A DNA stretch of 64,000 nucleotides from Phyllosticta citribraziliensis (Eukaryota), in contig NW_027117344.1 of NCBI RefSeq assembly GCF_038025025.1, positions 1,860,001-1,924,000 of the forward strand. Reading direction: 5' to 3'. The stretch's first letter is position 1; every line of letters starts with the position of its first letter. The translations under genes and the position numbers were made by a program. The notes below the pieces were generated by a model, which was given only the letters and a program-made list of their open reading frames with translations, did no database searches and was not told where the DNA came from. Shown here in pieces: positions 20,935 through 35,300 of the stretch.

Positions 20935-23091
20935 AGGCGGTGTTTGCTCTAGAGTCTGAGTGTTTTTTGCTTTGATGATGTGACGGTTGTGCCGAGATGA
21001 GATGCGCTCAAGTCCAACAAGTCTTCCGTTCTTTATTGGTTTCGAGGTCAGGGGTTGGTTAGGCATTCCGTCAGGGGCCTTCTTGTCGTCAATGGCTACG
21101 CTCGAACGACACTGTGTCGGATGAACGCCTTGATGCTGGCTGTCGGAACCTTTTGAATCCGAGTTGTGCAGGGCGCAAGGGCGTCGGGACGATGGACATC
21201 TTCTTCCCGCAAGAGGTAAATTCCTTTCGAGCGTTTGTATGATGACCGTGATGCTGTTAAGAAACACGGCGTAAACTCAATCTTTGCACTTGGCAAAGCT
21301 AACGCCCCTGAGTCCAGCGTGTATAAACTGTCAGGTTGATAGGGTGACAGGAGACACACGACGCGAGCGAACTAGTCAACCAGGCTCATATAGACTGTTC
21401 CATGGTGGTCTAGAATAGGCCTGACCGGACAGGAGGTCGAATAGGAACATAGCTGCTCATAACGAAACACTGTAAGATACCCCTTTTGCGGCGCGGACGC
21501 AGATCGCAGTAGCATGAATGAGGAAAACGTCATTAAAACGCGTCCAAAGCGCGAGAAGAGAGACAGGGTCATCGTCGTCCAAGCGTCCTTCGCATGGAGA
21601 GAGGGCTCCCTCCCGCAGTTCGACCATGCGTCCGCGGATCTTCATCACGATCAGCTCAACCTTCCCAATCAAGCAAAAAACGCACGACATTCGCCTGAAA
21701 GAGGGTGGTGGCTCATGGACATAGGTTAGTACCTACGTCATGTAGCGTGCGGGCAGAGAAGAAGCACAGCGCGTGGGTGCCGTGCCCTTTGCTAATCTCC
21801 ACCGGCGCACGCCCGCTCCAGCGAGTCGAGTCGGCCGGGCATGGCTCGCTCAAAGCTCTCTCTTGAATCGCCGCCGTCGTCAGAACCAGGTCGTCGAGCT
21901 GGGTCGGCGCGGTCAGAAGACACACCGTCCGTGCCGGAGTGCCCGTCGCTCGCTCGCAGCAGAGAAGTGAGAGAGAGAGAAAGAGAGGGCCATGGCGAGG
22001 TCTGAGCAAAGGCACTCACCGCTCTTTATCACGGCCACCTATCACCACGCTCGCTGCGGAGCAAGCGCCCCACAGAAGTCTCCCGCACACCCGCCGCAGC
22101 GTGGTGGCCCACTGAATCCTCTCCAGGCTGTTCCCTGCCGGCCCGGACCGCTCTGTATCTGCGTTGCCCTGTTCCCCCTCGTCGCTCTGGTCGACCACCC
22201 TGTGCGCTGACGCCGCCGGCCTCCTCCCCCCTTGTCTAGAGGAGGTCCTGGGCGGGCCATGGCTTCGATCGTTGCTTGGACGCTTTTGGCAGGTGCTCTC
22301 ATTGCCCGTCTGTCCGCCATGGCCATCTTCACCATCAGACAAGTCCGGTTTGGCCATGGTGACTGGTGGTGGTGCTGCTGCCGGAAGGGAGCAACTGGTA
22401 CGTCCGAAAACGTACCGGCACCACGAGTTCGCCCCTGTCCCCTCTTCCAACGAACGCTCCCCACCGTGAAGGATTTCTGCTGCTGCGTGCCGCGCCTAGC
22501 TCCCTTCTCTTCCCGTCCGTCCGTCCGCCCGCCCGCCCGTCGTTGGACCTGACATGGCGATGGCCACGCCCGCGCCGCGAGCCGTCCCTGTGTTCCCGGT
22601 CCCCAACCTGCTATTTCCAGATGCAGTCCAATAGCCGCCTCCATGATCCCGCACGTGTGGCGGCGTCGAGCATCTCGGAGAAGCGGGGGGAGAAAGGGAG
22701 AAGCTCCGAGGGACAGACAGAAACATGAATGAGCTCTTGTTGGATTTGCCTTCTCTCCATCCTCCTTCTTCCCCCCTTTTCCTCATCATCGTCGTCATGC
22801 CGCCCCAAGAACGGGTGTTTTGTCAGCTCCCAGAGGCGTACGCCCCCGTCTCCACACCGCCTCCCGCCCCTGCCCCGCCCGTTCTCCATCTTTTGACAAG
22901 GTTTCCCCTTCTCCAGAGACCCCGTCGTGAATGCGAGGACGGAGAAGGTTGTGAGAAGAAAAAAGCGAGAGAAAAAGAATCCACCTACCTGACGTCGAAC
23001 CCCCCGCATGCCTGACTACGCATTCGGGCCAAACACCACGCCAATGCGTGCTGGTGGTGGTGCAAGCATGGGCGCCGATTTGACTGATGAA

Positions 23092-23130
<39 letters not shown>
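23092..23130. repeat. (TCG)13 microsatellite
   Basis: Read directly from the sequence. Confidence 0.95.
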
Positions 23131-23131
<1 letters not shown>

Positions 23132-25830
23132 GAGTCGCGGCAAAAAAAACGCCGCAAACGACGTTGTGCCAGCCAGCCGCACCGCCAAGGTGCTCATCAG
23201 CGGTAAATCCGCGCGTCTAACTCTCCGACGCTCTGCCCACCGGGCAGTCTCTGGCGAGGAGAGAGCCGCGCTCTTGCCTTGTTCGGTTGCCCCTCCCTCC
23301 CTCCCTCGCCTACATCCGACAGACACCGTGCGTCCCCATCTCCGATTGCGGGTGCTGCCCTCGTCCGGCCTGCTGCTGCTTTGGCCCTCTTCTGCAGAGG
23401 AAAAGGCGTGAGAGCAGCATGAGCTCGAGCACAGATGCTGCCATTCATCCGCGGATCTGACGTGGCACGGAGCGTCAAGCGAGGTCGGGCGTTGGCGCAG
23501 GAGTTGGAGCTGGGAGCTGAAGCTGCTCGACGGGCGGCGGTCATGTCGTCGAGCCCAAGCGGGGAAAATCCCTCCCAAGCGCGGCTGCGGTGTGGGTTGA
23601 GCGGTGCAGTGCGGTGCGGAGCGAGCCTCGGACATGGGGCGGGAGGGAGCGAGCCCGCGCGCGCGCGCGCGCTCGCGAGGCGATGAGACATATCAGACGG
23701 ATTATCAATTCCTGTTCATTTACCAAGGCCATGCTACCGGTGCCACGGTGACAGTCCCAAGGGATGGAGGGGGACACGCTTGATGATGCTCCTTTTGACA
23801 TGTGCTGCACCTGCGGCGGCGGCGGTGGCGGCTCGTCGTGGTGTCTCTGGCCGGTGACGTGCCCTGTCTGTCCATGGCCCCCAGCGGGGCAGGTTGACAG
23901 GCCGCAAGGGTTGAGGCAGTGTTGACTACCGGGCCACGCGGTGGCGTGCGGACAAGCGCCGTTGGGGTCGTTGGCGTCCGTGTTGCAAGTGACTACTCAC
24001 TTTGTGCTTCTTCTGCGTCTCTCTCGCTTGGAGCAAGCGGTGCTTGGAGTGTAGGTCGGTCGCGGCGCCATGATTGATGAGGGGATGAGGTGGATTTCAT
24101 CAGCCATGGCTTCAGGCAACAACCGTACCGTGCCGTGCCGTACCGCGCCTTGACATGGTCGCCCGTCGCCGGTGTGCTGAATGTGGGCGCGGTCGTGCGT
24201 TGATTTGATGCCCTCTGCGTTGATCCTCTGACGATTGTCGCATTGGGTACGAAGCGGCCGGAGAAAAGGGAGAAGAGAGGAAAAAAAAAAAAAAAAAAAA
24301 AGTGATCAAAAGTTGGCTCATCAGCACAGAGCAGGCAGCCCAACAAATACTGGTGATGCTCGGCGGTGAAGGACGACCGGTGTCGTTACGTGCGCCAAGC
24401 AGGGCCTGAGCGGGAGGCGGGAGGGCTGGTCGGTAGTCCATGTCCGTTCACGCCACCGTCGGCCTCGGGCACGGCCACCGCAGGCGCCAGTCCCTTGATG
24501 AGACATGTCCCGTCCGCGTGATTCTGGAGCCAGGCGCGGGCCGCCGCGCGGCGCGGCTCGCCCTATCTTAGTCGAGGTGCGCTTTCGACCATGCAACTTC
24601 TCCTTGGATTTGCGACCACACGCTGCGGCTATTGCGGCTGCTTGTGGTGCTTGTTGCCGTGCTGACGCTGCATGTCCTCGACGGTCAAGAGTCGACGGGA
24701 GCATCGTCTCCGCGTTTGCATCCCCCACAGCCTGGGATATCGATCCTTTCCGCGCCGCTACCAGTGTCCAGATGGGGGAGATGGCTCCTTGGATCGTCCG
24801 TGGGTTGGGCCCCAAGGTTTCAAACGCCTGCGTGTGGTCGCCAGCCAGGATTGATCGTCCGCTGGTGGAGCTCATACCGAGAGCGGAAACGGGGGGCCAT
24901 GAATGTCAAATCAATCGATGCGGCGGCGAGCTTCAATGCAGCGCGGTCTGGGGAAAGTTGGTGTAACTCCATGATTCCTGGATTGTGAGTGAGACGTTAC
25001 TTCAGACAGCCTTGCACCCCAGTGTTGTCCATCAACATTCGCTGCCCTCTGCTGCTGAAATGACAGCATTCCAACCCTCTTAATGCGTCAATCGACCTCC
25101 CCGAAGAGTGCGCCTAGGCGATTTGACAAAACAATGGAAAGAAACTCAAAAGTACATTCCATCGACAGACGTCATCACCAGGGGTCAAAATAAGGAAATG
25201 CATCCCAGCAACTCGTTTTTTGCTTCCCAGCTGAGAAGGAATACCTCGATGTCTAATTACAAGGGTGATTCGAGACGACGTAAGGACTGAAAACCAAAAA
25301 AAGCATGACGCGTATCCGGAAACGACAGGTATCGAGGCTCGATTTTGACCGCAACCGTCCCAAGGGGGAATCTCCGTATGAAAATCATAAAACACTTCCG
25401 AGACCTCGCAAAAACGCAAATCAGCAGCAAAAAAAAAAAAAAAAAAAAAGGCAAGACAGGTGGCCGCCCGCAAAGTTGACCGTCGGCTGGAAGACGGACG
25501 AGGATTGTGGAAAAACCGCAATGAGGAGAAGAAGGAAAGAGAAAGGGAAGGCGTAGGAAAAGGCATTTAATCCGCTTCAAAAAACCGCCCACACCGGAAT
25601 GTGTTGAGTATGAGATCCGTTCAGACGTAAGCCTCGGGAGAGCCCGGAAACTTGGAATATTACGGCTCAATGGAACCCGGAAAGTTTTGCCCGACCTTTA
25701 AAACCCAAAAGTCGTGTTTCATGGCAGACCTCTCTCTCATATGTAGAGCGCGGCGCGGAGAACCAGCTCCTCGGCTCAGCTTCGGGAGGTCCATAGTCTC
25801 ATCGCTCATCTCGCCATGCTCTCGTTAAGC

Positions 25831-27252
25831 TTACATTCCTCTGCGGTTGAGCGCGTTGAGCATGTCGGCATCGGTTGCGCTTCGAGTGTTGTCGCTGCCG
25901 CTGACCATGTCCGAGATGCGCATGCCAGCCCTGGAGCTGCCGGTCGATGTGGCGCTCGTGGCCGACATTGGGGGAGGAGTCCTGCCGTCGTTTCTGAGCG
26001 GCATGGTAGTCGGCGGCCTCAGCGTCGAGTCGCTCGTGTAGGTGTAGGCACTGCCGCCAGGGGTACTGGGTGCGCCCTGAGTGTGGGGACTGCTGCTCGC
26101 GCGGCTAGGGTCGTACGAGTAGGTGGATTGAGGACTCGAGCGGCGCGGTGGTTGCGGCGCATAGTACGGCTGCTGGGGCGGAGCGCCAGGCGGGTACGAG
26201 GCCGTCGACGAGGCCGGGGATGCGGCAGCCGGAGTCAAGTTGGTCGGATCAGGATAGGTGTACTCAGGGGGCCGGTGGCCCGTCAGCTGGGAGGCGGCAG
26301 CAGGATTCGGGGGAGGCAGAGTCGGCGTGTGGGGCTCGGTTGTTGGGCGCTTCCTTCCTGCCGAATCACGGCCGCGGTCATCGTAGCCCGGAGCAGGTGG
26401 AGGAGGCGGGTAACCGGGAGGCGGCGGGCCAGAGGCAGAGTACGGGCTCGGTCCAGCGCCGGGGTTAGGCAGCGGATAGCCGGGCTGAGGATGAGGCGAG
26501 CGATAGCTGTCGGGCGGAGGCTGCGTAGACGGGAGAGGCTGTCCGTATGCGCCGTAGAGCGGCGGCGGCTGTCCAGCTCCACGCCAGACGGTGTGAGCGG
26601 GAACAAAGGCCTGCGTCTGGGCAGAGACGGGCGTGAAGATGCATTCTTGCGAGAAGCGCACGCAATTGGTGCAACGGCCGTCCTCTGAAGCCTCGAAACC
26701 AGAACAGCGAATCTGAAGGCGTTAGCAAGACTCGGGGCCAACAGGAGAGGCGGCCAAAGTACCTTGCGCCTGCGACAGTAGCGGCAAGCAATGGCAGTCC
26801 TCTGTCGCGGGGCGGGCTGGTGCTGCTGGTACATGTGCGGCGGGGGTCTGTACGGATCCGGCGGCGCAGGATGGCCAGAGTACATGGAGTGAGGAGCCGG
26901 CAAGCGGTAGGGCTGCTGCTGTTGGAGAGAAGTCATGTCGGGGCGCGGGTCGGTGGGAGGAGGAGGGAGAGGGTGCGACTGGAGAGGGAGGAGTTGAGGT
27001 CAGCTTTGGGGGGTGAGAGAGAAATGTTTGACAAACAATGCGACGACGTACCTGGGGCGGCGGTGGAGGCGGATAGGCGCCGTTGGGCTGGTGGGGAGAG
27101 GGCTGCGAAGGGTGCGGCCAGTGAGGTTGGTGCGGGTGCGGGTGCGGGTGAGGGTTGTTTGGCGGGACGGGCTGGTGGAGAGGTTGTTGGTGATGGTGAG
27201 GAGGAGGTTGCTGCTGCGGAAGACCTTGGGCGGGTTGGTGTTGAGGGTACAT
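25831..27252 (-). CDS. Zn(II)2Cys6 transcription factor with Pro/Gln/His-rich flanks. Exons 27252-27052, 26978-26763, 26712-25831
   Basis: Spliced binuclear cluster IACRYCRRRK|IRCSGFEASEDGRCTNCVRFSQEC. Both introns are GT-AG and in frame. No fungal TF middle-homology region is evident. Confidence 0.92.
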
Positions 27253-27440
27253 TTGCTCGGGCGGGGTGGGTGGAGGAGAAGAAGAAAACCCCCGGGGATG
27301 GAACTGTCCGCCTTTCTTTCAAGCGCGTGTCATGGCCTGGGTAATGAACGAAGGGTGATGGTGACACAAGGGCGTGGCGGGCCGCAGGGCAGGGCAGGAC
27401 AGGACAGGGCGGCGGGCAGAGGACGAGGGCAGGGCGTGAC

Positions 27441-27485
27441 AGGGCAGGGCAGGGCAGGGCAGGGCAGGGCAGGGCAGGGCAGGGC
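27441..27485. repeat. (AGGGC)9 pentanucleotide repeat with degenerate flanking copies
   Basis: Read directly from the sequence. Confidence 0.95.
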
Positions 27486-30400
27486 AGCGGAGCGGAGGGC
27501 AGGGCTGTGGTCGCGGTGCCGAAGCCGAGGACTAGCTGCAACGGAGGGGAGGGGAGGGGAGGGGAGGAGAGAGGTCGCGGCTGTAGGAGGAGCGAGGTTT
27601 TGGAGTTTTGTTGCAGTAGAGCAGAGTAGGACCCGAGGGCGGGGTCCTGGTTTTTTAGAGGAAGCGGGAGGGAGACGGGTGCGTCCCAGGGCAGCCAAGG
27701 CAGAGAGAGAGAGAGAGAGAGAGCAGAGTCCAAGGCCAAGGCCAAGGCCGCCGTCGGTGACGGGCAGTGCCGTTCGTGCCTGGGCCGTCCCAACTCCCAG
27801 CAGCCCAAGACACGATCGCCGCCCGGGAGCGAGACCATGTTACATGCCCTGCTGGGTGCTTGCCACGCGACCCGACCTGACCTGACTGACCTGACGACGG
27901 GACAAAAACCACCGCACCGCACCGCAACGCAACGCACCGCTCCCGCAGATCCAGCGTCCTGCAAATTTTGACTGACAGGCCCTGCAGCCCTGTTCCCTGC
28001 CACCACCTCTCTCTGCCATCCATTCTCTCTCGTCTCGCCTCGCCTCGCTGATTTTCAGCTTACGCACCGCACCGCCCATCCTCCGACTCCCCCTCGCTCG
28101 CTCGCTCGCTCCCTCCCTCCCTCCGCCACGGCAAGCACCAGACAGACAATAAAGACACCAATGACAAAAACATGACAAAATTCCCGGCAGACGTGAACCC
28201 CAGCCCTCGGAGATTGTTCTCTGTTCGCTCTTTGCGCAGCTCAACTGCCACTGCCACTGCCACTGCCACTGCCTTTTCCCCTCTGCTTGGCCGCGTGACG
28301 ACTCTGACTCTGGTACCGTACAGCACAGGCAGCCTCGACCTCGACCCAGCACCAGCCCGCTGCATGTGTCTCCCTCTAGTGCTTATCGTCATCCGGAACC
28401 TCGCCGTCCGCCGCGCCCTTGTGCCTGTACCCGCAAAGACACAACACACACACACAAAAAAAAGGAGGCGAATCCATCTCGTCTGTCATTTCTGAAATGC
28501 TTCATTCTCCTTCGAGCGTCACTCCCGAAGTCGCCATCCATGGACCACCCCCCGGCCGCCCTCGCGATTCGTCAGACGTCCCAAATGACTCCTCTGCTAC
28601 CAACGTGCCCGCGCGCTGAGCCACCGTCGGCACTTGCACCACCTCCACCCCCCCCCCCTTGCACCACACGCGAGAGCCTAGTCAAAGCCTGCAGCGGGAG
28701 AATTTTCTGGAAAACGACAATGTGTGAACGTGCGCCCTTTTGCCAATTTCTCCTTCGCCATCACCAACGCGTCGCATCATTTTCTCTGGAACATGACGGC
28801 GAGGACACATGTCTAGGGCGAGAGCTTGTTTGATTCTTGTCTTCTCCCCGAGCCCGAGCACCGCCCCGGCGCTCCGCCAGCGAAACCCCCGCGTGCTTTT
28901 GCTCCCATGATCTGTTGGCCGAAGAAAAGGTGGCACGCTAGACCTCCAGGACCGCTGGTGCAGGAGCGGCTACTCCGCCGCGCCATTCCCACTGGCATCG
29001 ATATCCCTACCACGGATGGCTCGGCAGCCGAACGACGGCCAGATCCTGGCCCTCCCGCGAGCGGAAGAGATGCGGACCTGCATTGTGCAAGGTAGCCCGA
29101 ATTTGATCAGGGTTACCTTTTCGATTGCCTCCACGCCGAATGGCCAAGGCGGCGGGCGTTGTTGGCAGGCAGAGATGAACAAGAAAGAAGAAAAAAAAAA
29201 AAAAAAAAAAAAAGGGTCAACCAGACGACAGGCGGGCCATTGTGAGACTCGGGAGCAAGCCGGGGTACGTGGCAGCAGCAGGAACGAGGCCGTATGGTGA
29301 CGCGCTCGTTCTGCGTGTCTGTCTCAGCTGTAGCAAACCACCAAGATCCCGGCAAGGAAGAAGCCAAGGTCAGCGGAGTGGCCGAGGGCCGTCGACGATT
29401 CGGGCGCGCGCGCGCATGAACGGCGGGCGAGGCAAACATGGCGGCCGAGATGACAGATGTCTCTAGCAACAGCAGGTAGGGCTGGCGTGGCTGGCGCTCC
29501 CCCATCTTGCTGCCATGTCGCCTGCAACGGGTCAGCCTTGCAACCATGATGCAGCCGTGGCGGCCTTGGACCGTCAGATGCAATTCGCGACGGGCACGAG
29601 CGGGCTGGCGCGCCGCTAACACGTCCCCCCGGACATGGGTTCCATAGGTTTGGCGGGCGAGAGGCCACTTTGGCGGTCCCATTGGATGCCGTGCTCGTCA
29701 AATCTCCTGGACAAAGCGCCCTCGGGGCGTTGGAGACAGCTGGCCGGTGGCGGGTTTGGAACGAGCGTGGCGTTCAAAGAGAAGGCGAGAAGAATGAATG
29801 GCGCTGCCATGGGACGAAGCCGTGGGCGCCACTGGCCACCGACACAAACAGCGACTCCCGTCGGAAGCAGCCAGCGCGGGTAGCAATCGACCGTCGCGGG
29901 GCGGCAAAAGGGGGTCGAAGACTTGACGGACAGGGGCAGCATGACGTAGGCTGAGAGGCTCTGGACGACGCCTAAACCACAGTCCAAGTAGGCTTGGAGA
30001 CATGATCCATGGCTCCGAGTCGGCCATGAGCGAACGGAAGCCGAGGCGAGCGGCGGCAAGACGGGAGACGCTCGTTTCGGCGTCGACGAGAGGCGACGTG
30101 TGTGCGACAGGCGAGCTGCGCTGCGCTGCGCTGCGCTGCACAGTCGGCTCCAATTCACAGGTCGTGTGAGTGTGGTACACCAACGAGGGAGGAGCGGCGC
30201 GGCGCGGTGCGGTCGGCTCGGTGCGGCGCGCGAGAGCTTTGCAGGTTCCGTTCGGTTCGAGTGCAGCACAGCACCGCAGCCGTCAGCAACAGGCTGGAGC
30301 TAAGCAAAGTTGGTGAGGCGACTAGGAGTCGGATGGAGGTGGTGATGTGAGCTAGGAGCGGGCAGTCAAGGTCGGGGTCAGGGTCAGGGTCGTGGTGTTT

Positions 30401-32337
30401 GTATGACAGGCGGGCGCCAAGGACCTCTGATGGCGCGCGCGGCTGCGTGCCGGACGGCGACGAGGCAAAAGGAAACAATATTTTCCGCATTGCCCGAGGT
30501 CAGGCAAGGTTAGGTTAGGTTAGGTTGGTTCTGTTCCCGTCAGCGGTCCAGTGCATTGCATAGCATTGCATTGCATTGCATCGCATATCGCATCGAATCG
30601 CTCCGCTCCCCGTCCCAGCGTGGCTGAGCTGTCGTAAACCTACCCAGTCAACGTCAGCAGGAAGGGAAGCAGCAAGCAAGCCCCTTGGCCTTCTTGCGAT
30701 CACCATCGTCCGTCGTCCCTCGTCGTCCATCGCCCTTGTCGGCCCTTTCCGCCAAACAGTCAGTCAAATCCCTCCGCCTCAACTCCTATTTCTAGTCAGT
30801 TTCACGCCCGTTGCGCCAGTCAGTCCAGCTGGGCCAACATGACAAGCCGGAAAACTCAAATCGCCCACCAACAAGCGGGCAGGCGGCTGGCGGGCGGCGC
30901 CGTCGCGTCCGTCGCTTCCATGAGATCTGTCGCATTTCCAGTTGCCTCGTCTCGTTGCAACGCTCCACTCCACCACCAACCACCGCCACTCTCATCCCTC
31001 ACCTTTATCCAACCACTCGCCGTTTTCCTTCCAAGCCTCCTTCTTCATCGTCAGAAAATGAGAAACAGGATGAGACCTTCTCCGCCCCTGATGCCCACCG
31101 CCCAGCCCGTTCCATCAAACAGCCGACGGGCCACAAGAGAGCGCCGCAGAGAGGGCAAGGAAATCAGCCAAAGACGTCACGTGTACAGATCACTCCCGTC
31201 ACACGTCCACATCATCATCATCATCATCATCAGCGTCCGGAAGCAGCTCAATCAAAGAAAAACCTTAACCCGCGTCAGATTTGCAGCCAGCACCAACACA
31301 CCAACGGCCTAGACTGTCGTATAGCAAGCACAGCAAGTAGGCGTCCACCCACCCATCCACACGACGCATGCCAGCTGCGCACGCCTCCTTTTTCCTCCCT
31401 CTTTCACCCGTGTCGCCCGATCCGATCTCTTCCCTATATTACACATGTAAGGCCGGACGAGGGCGGTAGGGAAAAGCTGGGGGAAAACCGATGCGGGAAC
31501 GGGGGTGCGGGCGGGCGGACGGGACACGCCAACGCCAGCGCATGGCATGGGCATGGCATGGGCATGGCATGGGCATGGCATGGCACTTGCATATGTGAGT
31601 ACATGTAGGGTTGTAGAGTGATGTATGTATGCATCGCAGAAGCGCATCGCATGGCAGCGCAGGCAGTCGGTGTGCAGAAGCGACACGGCAGAAGTCGACC
31701 ACGAGACTTGGGCGTTGGTTCCTCCCCTCACCGTCTTTGCGTGCGCGTGGTGCACGTGTGCAGCCAGACAGGCACCGCAGGCAGACAGTTCCGTCGAGCC
31801 AGCTTCTAGTTCCTTGTGGTCTCGCGCGCACGGCGGCTTCTGTCGTGCCAGTCTACGTGCGTGCTTTGCTCGCTTGCCATGTTGCATTCCGTCCTCTCTC
31901 GTTGGCATTGCAAGCACTGAGCGTGTCAACCCTTCCACTGTCCAAAGGCGTGGAAGGAATGGAATCTACGCACCAGCTTTACCTATGTATTTACCTCATG
32001 CACTTCATCACCACAACTTCCACACCCACACCGCACAACACAACACACGCATCCAACCTCTCACAGACAGGGGGGCGGGCGGGCAGGCAGGCTCACAGGC
32101 AGGAAGGCCCCGGGCACAGCAAATTAAGGTAGTAAAGCAAGGTGGGTGCTCGCTGTACAGTGTACGCTCCCCTACCCTGCCCTGCCCGGCCCTACCCTGC
32201 CCTGCCGCACCTCCAAGTAATGAGCGTAGGTAGGTTGGTGTACCGTAGCACAGCACCGAGCCGTGCCGCCGCGCCCGCCGCCCACCACCAAGCTAGCTAC
32301 CCAGCTCAGCTACCTTACGTATCCGTCCGCTCACTCA

Positions 32338-32338
<1 letters not shown>

Positions 32339-32374
<36 letters not shown>
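32339..32374. repeat. (CA)18 microsatellite
   Basis: Read directly from the sequence. Confidence 0.95.
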
Positions 32375-32378
<4 letters not shown>

Positions 32379-35300
32379 CAGTGCCTATCCGTAATTACGC
32401 GGTTGCGGGCGGACGGACGGACGGGACGACGGAAAGGCGGACGGGTGGGCGGTTCGTTCGTACTTGGCTCACTCATTTGTCTGCCTGGCCTTGCCTACAC
32501 AGCACACACACACACACGCGCGTCCTCATCCTGGCTGAATGGTAGCCCTGGTTCGGTCGACGGCGCAGACAGGCAGACAGGCAGGCAAGTTGATTGAATA
32601 GCGGCTGGTGGGCTCGGGTTGGCTGGACTACACACCTACACACTTCCTCCTCCTCCTCCTCCCACTCAGCCAAGGGAGGTGGGTTGTTTTGGCTGGCTGA
32701 GCGGGGCCTCCCGGGCGGCCACTTCAGCTGCTGGCGGCGGCGGCGGCGGCGGCCGCGGCCGGAGCTGGGCTCGACTCGACTCGACTCGACTCGACTCGTC
32801 TCGTCTCGTCTGGCTGGGTGGGTGGCTGCATGGCTGGGCTGTGTTGGGCTGGGCTGAGAGAGATTCTCTCAATGTACCGAATCGAGCATGTACTGCCGCT
32901 GAGAAGGAGCTTGATGCTGCTCTAATGGGCCAGTGAGCTGGGCTGCTCCTAGCCACAAACGGCTTGGATGAGAACGAGCGCAGATGAGAGCAAAGACTCA
33001 TTCTTGGAGCTATGTATTCATCTGGTAGGTCAAGTCCATTTCAATCGATACATCCACCTCGTTGCAACTTCATGGGATATGTGTGCATACAAAAGATGGC
33101 GATCCATTCAGTCACTTCTCTCTCCTCCACCAACACCGTCTTGTAAAACCATAACCCATCCAAACCTATAGAGACAACACTTCCACCAAAACTCCCCATC
33201 CAAAAATAAAACTTCACCAAGCACAATCAACGGCGAAGGAACGCCGCCGCCGCACGCCAGACGAGCCTACATCATCCCATCCCATCTCACTGCACACGCG
33301 ATCCCACTCCTCCAACGACCTTGTCATCCAAGCAGCCCGCAGGTCTCGAGCCAAATGGTCCTGCAATGCTATTCTTATCCATTTGCGTGTCCGCCATGGT
33401 TTGACATCACCATGTTACCAGTGTGGGTGCCTGGTGCGCAGTTGCTGCGCCCGCCCACCCACAAGGCCATGACGAAAGGGCTTTATTGCTGCTGGCGGGC
33501 GGGCCGGAAGGCGGGAGAGAAGAAGACTAGGAAGCCAGTCTCGCCTCTCACGTCGTCACGAAAGAAGCCAGCCCAGGCAGCCGCACGTGCGCCACCGCAC
33601 ACACATTGGTGGTGGTGTGCCCTTGGCTCTCCGTCTGTCTCGCCCGCCCTGCGCTGCGCAGCGGGCGGTCCGGCTCGCCTGCCTGCCTACTTTAGCGGCG
33701 CATGTGTGATACCGACGGACGGACGGACGGGCGGCGGAACATGATCCTTCCATCTGCAACGGCGTGGACCTGTTACCCTCCCTGCTTGTCCGTCTGTCTA
33801 CAATCCAACAGCTGACAGGGCAGTGAAGCACACAAAGGCGACGAGGACATTCTATCCTTGGACGAGACGCGCCGGCAGGAATGAAGGATTGAAGAATGAA
33901 AGGGGTGACGGAGGAGAGGGAGGCTGGGCTGAAAACTTCTCAGTTGCTCCGTCTGCGCTGCATCGCCGGCTTGAATAGAACTCAAGAGGGCAGACGAGAC
34001 GCAAGGGGGTCAGTCATTGAAAGACCGACAGACAGGATGAACAAGTGGGAGAAGAAGAGCAGCAACGGCAGCAAGTGGGGCGCGTGTGCAGGCAGCGCCG
34101 CCGTGTCCGTATGCAATGCATGCGTACATGCAGTGGGCCGGACGGACGGACGGGCCTTGCCGGCGTGCTTGCATCGTGGGGTCCGTCTAGCTGTCTCCTC
34201 ATTCCTCGCCCGTGCCGTGCGGCAGAAGGAAGATGATGATGCTGATGATGCTGATGAGGTGGGATGAATAGATGGATGGCCAAGGTGACGTGAGCAGAGG
34301 CAGAGGGGTAGCCAGAAGTCCGCAACGTCAGCCCAAGTGACTGCTACTCCTGCTTCTTCGAGAGGCAGGTGACTCATGGTCGCGTTTGAGAGCGCGCGTG
34401 GTTGGGTGAGCTAGACAGACACGGACATGCGTCGTTGATGTTACTGCTGCAAGAGATCAGTCATTTGTTTACTCATTCGCGGCGGCGGGCACGCAGGACA
34501 TGCCGAAGCCGAAGGATGCCGCGGCCGCAAATCGCGGAGGTAAGGTGAGGTGAGGTGAGGCAGGGTGTTGTTCGATGCAGTCAGACGGGAAGACGAAGGA
34601 AGCGGGTGGTGAGTGGTGCGTAAGCGAAAAGCGAGCCTGCGCGCGCTCTTCTCGAACGACGGAGCGGCCGGGCCCGCAGACCGTCGTCGCGTCTGGATAA
34701 ACGTCAGATGGTGGTCTCACCAGGCAGACAATACTTGATGACGTGAAGTCCTTGACCTTCGGGCAGAAGTTGGCGGCGTACATACCAATGTGGATTGATT
34801 CGCAGCAGGGGGCGAGGACAAGAGCTCGAGTCTGCGGCAAGGGCATTGGGGTCGATGGGATCTTTCAGGCACCAGAGGAACAAGTCGCTCGCAGTCGGAA
34901 ATGGTGATTTGGTGGAGTGACTGGGATAAGGCATCGTCGTCCATCATGACTGCTGGCGGTATTGCTGAGGGCAGGGAAGCAGTAGTGCCGTGCTTCGATC
35001 AAGGTTGCGTTAGATCAGGAACCCCGCCGCCGGGCAGCCCAGTCCGTGACACTTCACCTCGACAGCTCACCACCGTCCGAACCCACAATTCCTCTGCAAG
35101 CCGTTGTTGGTACCTGAGCGGAGGTGGCCTTTTTCTGTGCAAGGGGCAGGCAAAGCATTCCTGCGTCAGCGTGAGCTTTTCCCTTCTCGTGTGCTACGCT
35201 CTTTTGAGCCAATCCACCCGAAAAGGGCAGCCTGGATTCTCAAAGAGCCATGTTGTTCTGACACATGGTTAATCTTTGCATTGCGCGCTTGGTGCTTAGG

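Noticed and set aside
10812..22010. Yeast-type TTTGCTCA (TGAGCAAA) matches at 10812, 19461 and 22003
   Set aside because: Single sites not positioned upstream of the copper genes; a match also occurs inside the WASP CDS, so they are likely background.
26933..28006. 357-aa and 290-aa ORFs with PCPAL / GQGRA repeats
   Set aside because: Translations of the (AGGGC)n microsatellite and GC-rich leader; no coding signature.
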